Source: Cyanophora paradoxa CCMP329 (lineage: Eukaryota > Plantae > Glaucophyta). From it: a stretch of DNA of 64,000 nucleotides. Location of the stretch: positions 62,001 to 126,000 of the forward strand of contig QPMI01000571.1 in the NCBI GenBank assembly GCA_004431415.1. Reading direction: 5' to 3'. Position numbers and translations under genes: made by a program. Numbering within the stretch: position 1 is the first letter of the stretch; every line of letters begins with the position of its first letter. Shown one piece after another: positions 37,001-47,908 of the stretch. A model generated the notes under the pieces. The model searched no databases, was not told the origin of the DNA, and worked only from the letters and a program-made list of their open reading frames with translations.

Positions 37001-40000
37001 GCGTCGCCCTGGACGCCGGCGCCGACCCGCGGCGGCGCGTGAAGGAGAACAGCGCGTGGCTCACGCCGCTGCTGATGGCGGCGGGCAACGGGCACCTCGG
37101 CTGCGTGCGGGAGCTGCTGGAGAGGGGGGCGGACCCCGGCGAGGTCGAGGGGGTGCCCCCGCCCAGGCGCACGCCGGAGCAGGAGGAGGAGGACGAGGCG
37201 GAGGGGCGGCCGCCCCCGCCCGAGTACGTGCTGGCGGGCTACTCGGCGCTGGAGCGGGCGGCGCGGGGCGGCCACGCGGCGGTGGTCCGCCTCCTCGCCT
37301 CGCGCGGGGCGCCCGTCGACCGCCCGGACTCCGGCCTCAACAGCGCCCTCGGTCAGTGCCCGGCCCCCTGCGCCCCCGGCCCGGCCCTCGAACCGACGTC
37401 GGCGTCGACCCCCAATCTGGGCAGGCCTCGCGGCGAAGGAGGGGCGCCTGGAGGCCGTGCGGGCCCTCCTGCAGTGCGGGGCCGACCCCGCGAACCCGAA
37501 GGCGCGTACACGTACCCCCCTCGCGATCGGCGGCGCGCAGACCGCCCTGACGCGCGCGGACCGGTACCCCGGCAGGCCCTGAAAGCAAGCGGCGTGCTGG
37601 ACTCGGCGTGGTGCCCCGCCCTGCACGCCGCCGCGTTCAACTTCGACATACCCTCCGTCCGGTGCGCCGTCCGAGCCGTCTTTGCCGCCTGAGCGTCCGA
37701 GCCGCCGTCTGACCCGAGAGAGAAGGGCGCTGCTGGAGGCGGGGGCGCCGATAAACCAGGCGGACGCGTCGAACCGGACGCCCATCATGCGGCCGCTCGC
37801 CTCGAGCGCCCGCGAGAAGGAGCCTCTGATGCTCAAGACCCTGCAGTGCTTTGATTTGTCTAGATCTCCTCTTGTTATCGTTAGTCTCGTTCCTCTTTGT
37901 TCGTTCGGCCCACGCCGCCCTCGCAGGGAGCTTCTGCGGGCGGGGGCCGACCCCTTCTACGGCTGGCAGGACAAGTGCACCATCGAGCAGAACCTCCTCT
38001 ACCAGGTTCGAGCCCCGTCGGGGCCCCTTTCTCTTCGTTCTCACCCGGCCGCAGGTCTCGGGCATGTACACGAAAAACCGCCTCACCATCCTCGCGTGCG
38101 TACCCGTACCCCCTCCCACCCCCTCCCCTGCCTTTCGCGCCATACCCAGGCCTGCATCACCGTACCCAGGGCGCTGGAGGAGGCGGGGCTGCGGCTGCCG
38201 ACGCGGCACCCCGCCGTGGCTCAGGCGCTCGCCTTCGCACTCGCGCGCGGCGTCTACTCCGTCGCCAGGTCCGCGTACCCCTCCCCAGCCCCGCCTTCGC
38301 CTCGCTTGAGCTTCCGACGCCTTCCGCGCAGGTGGTTCCTGGAGCGAAAGGTCGACACGAACCTCGCGTACCTCTCTGACGAGGAGCGCGGCGGGCCCCA
38401 CATCCGAGCGCGCCCCGGGCCCCTCCCCACTTTTAGATGAGATTCTGAGATTCTGCGGGGCAGGGCGAGACGCTCCTGCACAAGCTCCTGATGGGCCGGC
38501 GCGAGCACGGCGAGTCCGCGGAGGACTTCGACGCCTGCCTCCGGTGCGCGCCCCGCCGGCCGGCCCGCTCGCTGGCCTGGCCTGCCCGGGCCTTGGGCGA
38601 CGTCGACCGGCGCCTGCGCCTGCAGGCTGATCCTCGACAACGGGGCGGACGTCAACGAGTACTGCGAGGGCTCCTCCCGTGCGCACGCGCGCGCGCCCCG
38701 CCCTCACGCCTCTGCGCGGCTTGAGCACGCCGCCGCCTCCGCAGCGCTGCACCTTGCGGCGGGCAACGCGGAGGCGGGGGCCGAGACCGTCCGGTGCGCC
38801 CTTCCCTTGCGTCGCGCCCGTCGGTTCTTCTGCGTGCATCCGCCCCTCACGCCCCTCTCGCAGCTTCCTGATCGAGCGGGGCGCGGCGCTGGAGGCGAAG
38901 GACGCGGAGAATGACGAGGAGGGGAGGGGCCGCGGCCGCGGCCGGGGCGAGGCCCGCGGGCGGACGCCGCTGCTCGTCGCCGTCGCCGCGAGCAAGGGCG
39001 AGGATGGCCTCGAGACGGTCCGGGCGCTGCTCGACGCCGGCGCCGACATCGGCGCGCGCGACGCGGAGGGCCGGAGCGCCGCGGCGATCGCGGCGGCGGC
39101 CGCCGACCTCGAGCTGCTGCGGCTGCTGATGGGCCGCGGGGCCGGGCGCCACGCGCACGAGGGCGAGATCGTCGCTGCCGCCTGCGGCTCGGGCGGCGGC
39201 GGGCGGTACCGCCGCGGCCCCGAGACCCGCGACATCCTCGGGTGTGCCCTAGGCCTGTTCTCATCCCGTCCCGTACCCCTCTGAAACCCTCCCCCGGCCC
39301 CAGGGTCCTGCTGGAGGACGAGCTGAAGGAGGTCTCGGCGGAGGGCTTCGCCTGGCCCGCCGTCCGCCGCGACGCCGACGGCAGCCTCTCCGGCCGCGCC
39401 AAAGGGTGCCCGCCGCCCTGGCCCCCACGCTTTGCGCCCTCTCTGAAGCTCGCGGCGGGAAGGTACTCGACGGCGCTGGGGGAGGCGATGCGGGACGGGT
39501 CCGAGATGGCGGCCGAGGACGCCCGCCAGTGGGCCGACCTCCTCCTCTGCTGCCGCGGCCCGATACGCCTCAGGCGAGCGCGCAGGAAAGCTAGAGGGTG
39601 CCGCTGGCTGACGGCGCCGCAGCGAGATCCACGCGCTGAAGCCGGAGGAGACGGGCGGGGACGCGCGGGGGCCGCTGGTGGCGGCGGCGGCGCGCGTGCT
39701 GCGGCTCGAGGGCCGCGTCGAGCCGGAGCCGCCCGAGGACCCCAAGAAGAAGACGAAGAAGAAAGCAAAGTGCGCCCTCGCTTCGGTTCCTGTCATTGCC
39801 GGCGTACGCTGAGCGGGCCCGTGCCGGGCGGGCGGGGCTGCAGGGGCCAGGAGGACGAGGAGGAGGAGGCGGAGCAGGAGGACCCCGCCGAGGCGGACGC
39901 GCGGGACCGGGAGACGCCGCTGCACGCCGCCTGCCGCGTCGGCCTCCGCCTCACGGCCCTCCGCCTCGCCGCCGCCGCCACCCCGGAGACCGTCGAGTGC

Positions 40001-42825
40001 GCTATGTGTATAGCTCAGGCTAGTCTAACTAACTGAACCTCTCTCGCCCAACTTAGACCAGCCTACCTAGCTTAGGCTAGGCCAACCGGACCTCTCGCCC
40101 AACTTGGCCTCGCTGGGCCCCCCGCGCAGCGCGGTGGACGCGGCGGAGGAGACGGCCCTCTCGCGGGCCGTCGCCTTCGGGCCCGCCCTCTTCGACGTCT
40201 GCGCCCTCCTCCTCCAGAAGGGCGCGCGAGCCCCGCTTCTCGAAATTATTTGATATCGCCTTTCTTTCGCTGGATCTGAGCGGCTCCGCTGCTGCTGCGC
40301 AGGGGCGGACATCGGGCGGCAGGTCGGCGGGGCCGACGGCGGGAAGCAGCGGTGCGCCCCGAGACCTCTACTGCTAGGAACGAGCCCAAGAAATCCCTCC
40401 TCAACGGCTCCGGCAGGGCTGTGCTGGACGGGACGCGGGACGCGGCGTACCGCGCGCAGCTGAAGCGCGCCGCCGCCGTCCGCGACGCCTTCATCTCGTG
40501 CGTATCCCCCTCTCATTTCCCTCCCCCTCCGCTTTTCCTTCTCTTCCTGAGCCCCCGCCCGCGCTGCGCGCGCGCAGGTACGGGCACCACCCGCCGGAGG
40601 TGGCGCGGTTCACGGCGCAGCTGAGGGACCGCCTCCAGGCCGAGCAGGTCTCGGTCCGTCCTCCTTCCGCTTTCTCTTCCGCCGTCCCCTCGCCCCGTCT
40701 CCCCACTCGACTCGGCCTCACTCCGCCCCGCACGCGCCCCCCGCGACCCTCGCCCCCGCAGTGCTGGGTGCGCCTTTGTTTCAATCCGCTCCTCCGCCCC
40801 CGTTCCGAGGCTGACGCGCGCTGCCCGCCGCCAGATGGACGAAATGAAGGCGACGGGTACGCGATGCGATTCGCAGTTGGCTTCGCCCCTGACCTCGAGT
40901 TCGCTCCGCCCCGCGGCCGGCAGGCATCGAGGCCGGAACGGAGGCGCGCGCCCCGGCGCCTCCGCAACGCCCTCTAAGGCGCCCCTGAAAGCCGCGCGCA
41001 GTGGCGGGAGCAGATCGGGGCGGGGATCAAGGCGGCCCGCGCCGTCCTCTTCGTCGCCTCCAAGGCGGGCGCCGCGCCGCGCCCCCTCCCCCGCCTCTTC
41101 CGCTTCTGATCGCAGCGCCCTCCTCCCGCAGCACTCGTGCGCGTCGGACTGGTGCATGCTCGAGCTCTCCCGCGCCCGCGGTGCGCCCTCCCTGCGGCCT
41201 GGACCTCTTCGTTCTCAGCGCCCCCAGACCTGGGGCGACCGATCTTCCCCGTGTGGGCCGAGGCGCCCTTCCCCCTCGACGACCGCCCCGCCGTGCGCGT
41301 GTACCCCCTCCCCGCCGCCCCTCCTCACAGTACCCCCCGCAGGGCCTCCTCCGCGGCTGCCGCATCGTCGACCTCTCGCGGTGCCCCCGCCCCGCCCGGC
41401 CCAATCCAAGCCTCCCCGGCCTGAGCGCCGCCCCGGTCCGGCGCAGGCCGGCGCTGCTGGAGGCGGGCTTCCCCGCCTTCCTCGCGGAGGTGCGGGGCGC
41501 CCTCGAGGCCGCCGCCGCCGCCGACGACGCCGCCGACGCCGACGCCGCCCGGGCCCGCCCCTCACCCCTCACCTTCCCCGCTCTTCCCTCCTCATTTCTG
41601 AGCCGTGCGCAGGCGCTGCTGGCGCGGCCCGAGGCGCGCTGCGACCCCCGGCGGGCCCCCTTCCTGCTCGCCTGGGCCCTGCCCGAGGACGCCCGCAACG
41701 CCGCCTCCCTCCTCTCTGCCCTCGCCTTCCGCGGCGTGCCCTGTTGGCTCCACTGCCCTGTACCCACACCCCCCGTCCTCCCCCACCCACCCTCGCATCT
41801 TCCCTCACAGCCGCGCAGGGCGCGGACCCGACGGGAGAGGCGGGGGCGGACGCTGCGCTGGCGGCGTGCGCGGCCTTCGTGCCGCTCCTCTCGCCCGCCT
41901 CCGCCTCCTCCCCCCTCCTCCGCGACCGCCTCCAGGCCCGCCCGCCCCTGCGCTCGGCCTTTCTGTCGCCTCACTGTGCCCCCGCTTCGCAGCGCGCGCG
42001 GGCGGCGGGGCGGCCCGTCCGGCCCCTCCTCCTCTCCAGCCTCCAGGCGAGCGCGCCCCCCGCCCCGCCCCGTCTGAAGCTTAGGCCGCCCCGCCGGACA
42101 GGTGCCGGCGTCGCTCGAGTACTCGCTGGCGCGAACGCGCAAGTTCCCCTTCTTCGCCGAAGAGCCCGAGGGCTTCTTCCCGGTGCCGTACCCCCGCCTT
42201 CCTCCCCCCCCCCCCCCCCCCCTTCATCTTCTTCCGACCTCGCCGGCAGTCCCTCGACGCGCTGCTCTCGTCCCTGGGGGCACCGGCCCCCGCCGCCCCG
42301 GTCCGCCCGCCCCGCCCCGCCCGGCCCTCCCTACAAGCCTCTCGCCCTGCAGCTGACGCCCCGCCGCGGCGCAGGCGAAGCCAGAGGGTCCGCCCGCGCT
42401 GCACGCCCCCGCCACGTCGGCTGGAGGCGCCGCCCCGTCGGCCCTGGACGCGGTGCGCCCACAGGCGCCGCCCGCCGCGCGCAGGGCTCACGCGGCGCAG
42501 GCGCGGGCGGGGGTGCTGCAGGCGGAGATCGCCGGCAGCGACCGCGAGCTCGAGCAGGCGCGCGCCCCCCCGCCGGCCCCGCCGCGGGGCCCCGCCCCTC
42601 TCCCTAAGCGAGAGAGATCGCGCGCAGCTGGAGCGGGAGATCGCGGAGCTGGAGGCGGCCGCCGCCCGCGGCTCGCGGCGGGGGAAGAGGGGCAAGGGCT
42701 CGAGTTCGAAGGCCGCCCCGCCGCCCCTGCCGGCGCCCCCGCCCCTGGACCCCCCCGGGGCCGCCCCGGCCGCCCCGCCCCGCAAGAGGGACCACGGCAA
42801 GAGCGGCGCCTGCTCCCTGATGTGA
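34089..42825 (+). CDS. Ankyrin-repeat / tandem TIR / coiled-coil / CaaX protein, paralog B (first TIR retains the catalytic Glu)
   Basis: Ankyrin exons GRSALHEAAQVGHVEALR, EGMTPLLKAAACGHGPAVEALADAGAD, LTPLLMAAGNGHLGCVRELLERGAD, GRTPLLVAVAA, ETPLHAACR; spliced TIR1 DAFISYGHHPPEVARFTAQLRDRLQAEQVSCWMDEMKATGIEAGTEWREQIGAGIKAARAVLFVASKHSCASDWCMLELSRARDLGRPIFPVW (40484-41260); TIR2 CAAFVPLLSPASASSPLLRDRLQ; ends KSGACSLM-stop at 42825. Confidence 0.85.
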
Positions 42826-42922
42826 GGGCTCGCGCGCGGTCGGACCCGCCGCGGGTTCTACTGTTATACGATTTATTGTAATTACGGATACGTATTGCAC
42901 ACGTACGAATTATATTCACGCT

Positions 42923-45900
42923 TCAAATTAAATGGGGCTCTGGTGGCCGCGCCGTACCCATATCCCCGGCCAGTCCCTCGGCTTGCAGTGCCTCTGGCGG
43001 CAGTGCCCGCTCCGGCGGTGCCCCCTTCGCGGCCGGCCACTCTGTCTCTCCTGTACCCGCCATCCCGCCGCCCCCGCGCCCCGGCGCATGCCCCAGCCCC
43101 GCATGCGCAGCCGTCTGACCCGTCGTGGAGTCGCACGCCGACGCCGCCGGCGTTAGTGCACGCCTCGACCGACGAGGCGGCCCAGGCATGCGCACCTCCA
43201 GAACATGAAATGCGCCAGTCCTTTCATATGCATAGTGACGTCTTCGCTCCCACACGCACACTTTTCATTTCTTTCCTTTCCCGGTTGAAAAGGCAAATCA
43301 ACGAAAAATCAACGGCCTTTGTTGAACAATTACATAAATATCGTTCGATGATCGTTTTGATTGCTCTCCCCCTCACCGATGGGGGCTGCATCTGGAGCCG
43401 CCGGACGCATTCGCTCCTCCAAATTGCTGATGTCATATGTGCATGTATATCCGTCGACGTCGACGTCGACGCTCTTGGGTAGAGTTGCCGTCCGGGCATG
43501 CGCACCAGCTGCAGCTTCACTTTTGCAGCTGCGGCGCCGGCGACGAAGGACGTATACGATAACACCAGCTACAATGGCAAGAACACCGACGCCACCAGCT
43601 ACGCCGCCAGCGATGACTGGTAAAGAAACTGATCCGGATTGACCGGTCACGGATGAAGTACTGGCACTAGAACTCGCATCGTTGCCTGCAATGGTCTCCT
43701 GTACACCTGCTTTGTTCAATCAATTCAGCGATGCATATGATTCGAATTTCGTGCGCGAGCCGATCAAATGCAATTGAAATGAATATTGCTCACTTTCGAA
43801 CAGGAGAGCGGTTTGTTCTAGACTCTTGATTTCCCATGGGAGCTCGGCCGCTAGAACAAGAATGCCGGTCGTTTCCATACTCTTCAAAAGTTTCGCCGCT
43901 TCGGTTGGTCGCAGTGCTACGCTTCGGTAAGGTTGCGAATGGTGCTGCGTAACAAACAATTGCAATTGCGAAGTCCGAAGCTTACCAGATGTGCTTCCCA
44001 GGCCAGGGCTGTGAAGCAGGGAGAATGTCACTGCAGTTGGAAAGATTTCGATGGCGGCTTTCGCAGTTCGATGCCGATTCCTCGAGCTTCTTGAGCTTGC
44101 CTCCATCCTAGTGACCATCACTTTGACATGTACAGAGCTGGTACCGTAGTCGAGTGCGATGGCCTTCTCAAGACCGGCAGTGAAGGTCGAAGTTTTCGCT
44201 TGGTCCCATGCCGCGAAATCGATGTCGAGAACCGCCGTCATGCTTACCCCTCGAACGCGTTTGCCTGTCCCTGGGTCCTTTTCAAGTTCGAGGCTGGACT
44301 CGGCTGTCCTCTGGATGAAGACGGTGAAGACAAAAGAGGCACTGTCCGTCGCCCCCGTGGAATCGTCTCGAGCTGTAACCATGAATGTTGCTGTCGTGTA
44401 CTGAGCTGACGCGCATCTGGAGTCGGTGCCGTAGGCAGAAGAGACACGAACAGAAACGACGCCCGTATCCGGAAATATGGACACGCTATTGCCTTCAGCA
44501 CACGGCTCCAAAGACTGCAGTTTCACGACGAAATATCGGATTTTAGCCTTCGATCTTTTTTGTCTTCCGTAGCTCGCAGCGACAAGCCCGTATACGTAAG
44601 TAGCACTGCTGGGCTGAGCAGAGTTCGTGATGACGGCTAGTTGCGAGGATAAGCGAAAGCCTTCGTAGCCGACGCATGCAGGGTATGCTCTCAATGGATC
44701 CTGACATAGACTCTCACACGTAAATGCGGGACAATCCTCTGGTAGACACAAGCAGGGGGGCAAGCCCCCCCGCACCCCCCCATTAACTGATGATCGATAT
44801 CATGACCGTCGGACATAGCTATAGCGATCGCACGCGAATTCGAAAGAAACTTACACGCAGAAATGAATTTTTTCGCGATCTGGAATTCGAAGCATGTATA
44901 CGTAGATCTAGATCTGCAGCTGAACTTCAATCCAATCGAGAAACGCGCAGCGTTGACCGTCGGACGTCAGCGCCATACGCGTCGCGTCGGCCGCGCCGAC
45001 CTCGATCTAGACTCTCAGATCTTGAGCTTCGGAAGCGGAGCTATAAGATCTAGCGATAGATCGGAACTGTCCCAATTAGCTATTATATATTTCGAATCTT
45101 GCGCAGTTTGCCAGAACGACCGTCGGACGGACGTTGTCAGGACAAAAGAATTCGAATAATCTTCGCGGCCGCCGGGCACTTCACGATCCGGAGCGGGTGC
45201 TTATAAGCAGCGGCTTCGACAAAATCAGGATCACTGCTTTCGCGATCGCAATCGCTGCGTTGACTTCGAATTCACCTGCTGATGCGCCGCAGTGCTCCGT
45301 CTGCACAAGCATGCGCAGCAGCGCTAGCTACATGCGCAGCAGCACTAGTATGTACGCGGTTGCTAATATAAGCGCAACTGCAGCAACGACAGCTGCTGCT
45401 GCTGCTCATGAATCATGATCAGCGGGCCTGCAGCTAGACGTCGACTGCAGTGTGTTTCGGTTACTTTCCGTTACTTTTCGCTATCCGCCACTTAAGCTGT
45501 CCGTTACTTTCCGGAAACGTCCGTTATAATTATCCCGGGCCCGCCACTTTCCGTTACTTCCGTTATCTGCCACTTTCCATGCACGCCACTGGCCAGCTTA
45601 AACTGCTGGGAAAAACTCGACTCACGCGACAGTCGCGCGGCTCGCGCCACGCCGTGACGTCGACGGCGCCGCGTGGCGGCAGCCACGGCCAGCGCGCGCC
45701 GCAGGCCCGCAGCGCGCCGCTAGCGCTAGCGCTGCGCGCGCGGCGCTACCGGTACCCGCGGTGACACACTGTGACACGTCAACCTGAGTGAAGGAAAATC
45801 CGGTACGTCCGATCGGATCGAACTGGTAGTAGTAGTCTGGTACTGGCGAAGGCCGAGGGGTACCGGATCGTCGATCGGATCGATTCGATTTTAATTTGTT

Positions 45901-47340
45901 TTATAGAAGTTGCCCGACAGCTCACTGAAAGAGTCCTAGTCAAAGTCGACGTCGCGGCCCGGGCTCGCGATTGCGACGTCGCGATCGGCTCAATCATTTG
46001 AATTTGCGAGCACGTGCACGTAGCGTAGTACTACGATCGCGTCCGCAGTTGACTCCGCACGCACTGCGGCATTTGGCGCGCACTACGACTGCGAATCCAT
46101 GTGGCATGCATTAAATTTCTTTAAAACCCAATTAAACTGGAACCGGTTTTCGATCGATCGATTTCGATCCGCGCGCGGCTGGGCAAAATTAAAATTGCGG
46201 TTTTTAAATTAAATTAACGTGCTGACATTTTGAGTTTAGTTTCACTTGGGGTAATGTGTCTGGCGTTATCGCAGCAGATTTTCGAGAATAAGCGCGGTAC
46301 CTAACTGTAAATCTGAAGTCAAAATTTAATTTGTGATTCTGATGTAATTTACGTTATGCCACACTGTGTTCTCATATGCGTTGACACAACCCTAAGGTAA
46401 GTTTTCTGACCTCAATCAAACTACCGAGGATTTTTGGCTCGGCCGTCCCGTGAAGACTGAGTTTTTTTACGGGTGTCCGCATGCGTCATAAGTAATAAGT
46501 TATAACTTAGTATTCCTTTCGAATTCTTCCCAGCAAGCACTCGCAGAAGCCTGTGCGAATGTTTTAACTGGGCTCTTGGGAGGCATGCGAGATTTAGATC
46601 TGTGCTTGCGCACCTGCAGTACCACGAGGAATGAGCTCGGTGCCTGTCTGTTGTCGAATCGTCCCAGATACAGGCTCCGAGGTCGCGCAAGCATCAGTTC
46701 CATTCCAGCACCATTTCTGCGAGCGTTTGCATCCACCGAGCCCGATTGGTCTCGCTATAGCTGTAGGCGTGTGCGCAGGTGAAGGGCCCGGGGTAGCAAT
46801 GGGGCGAAGTGTGATTGCTGGGGGTGAAGGCGACACAACATGATCTGTTGGTGAAGGGCGAGCGGTTGGCGAAGGAATTGCTGTCGGCGATGCGGTCGGA
46901 AACGGCGATGCAGCGGTTGTCGGTGAAGGGGAAGGTGAAGGTGAAGGAGTAGCTGTAGGAAACACTGTGCATGTGGGCAAAGGAGATCTAACGATAGCCG
47001 AAACTGCGATCGCAGATTTACATAATTATTATAAGGCTGTACATGTGATCATCATGAATCCAATTTAAACACCTTCGCCTTTGAATCTGTATTGCGCTGA
47101 GAACCCTTTGCCCGGGTCCACGCCGTATGTATAAAAAACCACGAGGAGTGCGCTAGACGTCTGAGAAGTGACAAAAGACGTCCTGCTCAAGGACGCCATT
47201 TGCCCGTTCAGTCTCGCTAGAGCTGCGTCTGGCAAGTAGTAACTTCTCACATACTGATAGGGGCATGTCACTGCCGCGCCATCGTACAACTGCGTAGCAC
47301 TCGGATCAGAAATGCTAACGAGATAGGTGACCGTCATCAA
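42923..47340 (-). pseudogene. Single-pass cell-surface protein gene (CUB-like, Pro/Thr/Ser mucin stalk, Cys-rich, cadherin/Ig-like, TM), interrupted by an insertion and lacking a visible 5' end
   Basis: CUB-like TCPYQYVRSY...LARLNG...SALLVVFYT...GKGFSAQY; PTATPSPSPSPS stalk; VSIFPDTGVVSV...ATFMVTARDDSTGATDSASFVFTV; TM VIAGGVAGGVGVLAIVAGVIVYVL followed by RRRRR; clearly lower GC than upstream genes. Confidence 0.7.
44755..46533. mobile_element. 1779-bp non-autonomous insertion without terminal inverted repeats, flanked by CAAGCA direct repeats
   Basis: CAAGCA at 44749-44754 and 46534-46539; removing the insert plus one repeat restores the in-frame exon GFCECL-CLPEDCPAFTCESLC; terminal hairpin GGGGGGCAAGCCCCCC at 44755-44770; no recognisable transposase. 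Confidence 0.75.
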
Positions 47341-47908
47341 TATCGCGCGCGCCAACGCCGCCAGCTCTTGCGCATGCTGCACCGACTGGCTCGCCGCCGG
47401 CGCCACATGTACAGCTGCCCGCCGGGCCGGCCGGCCCCTGCAGCTGTACGTGCGTCAGATGCGGATTCGATATCGATATCGATCTTAGCTTTCACGCGCT
47501 TCAAATTCCAGCGGCATGCGCACGTGCACGCGCACGAATACAAGTCGCATCTACATCAAGCGGGAACGCGTACGCGTCCTGATCATGATCATGATGCGCG
47601 CTCCACGCGCAAGCCCGGCCCGCATATATTCCTGGTCCTCAGGGCCTGCCGGGCCCCAGGCGTGAGCGCGAGCTCGAGCGCGAGTCGATCGCGGTGGTTC
47701 TTGCATGCGCAATTATAACTAATTAGTCGGGCAGACAGCGCTAGCGGTCACGAGTCACGACCAGCAGCGCACCTCTGCCACCTCTTCATAACGAGACTCG
47801 TCCCCGGGCCCGATCGCGAGGATTCATTCCGTACTTGTACTCCTGCCGCATGCGCAGTGCTGCTCCGCCGGGCCGGCCGGACTCGGGGTGGACCCGGACT
47901 CCCGGAGT

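Noticed and set aside
70-42800. Hundreds of long Arg/Pro/Gly/Ala-rich ORFs in the ORF track (e.g. 37637-39925, 14485-16101, 9984-11600)
   Set aside because: Antisense or off-frame shadows of real exons, caused by the scarcity of stop codons in GC-rich DNA
4048-42825. RCC1, F-box, ELMO and TIR genes as one immune or phagocytosis cluster
   Set aside because: No shared motifs or evidence of co-regulation; plastid housekeeping genes lie between them
46025-46040. TACTACGA as a rolling-circle nick site inside the insertion
   Set aside because: It is internal, not within the terminal G/C hairpin, and short enough to occur by chance
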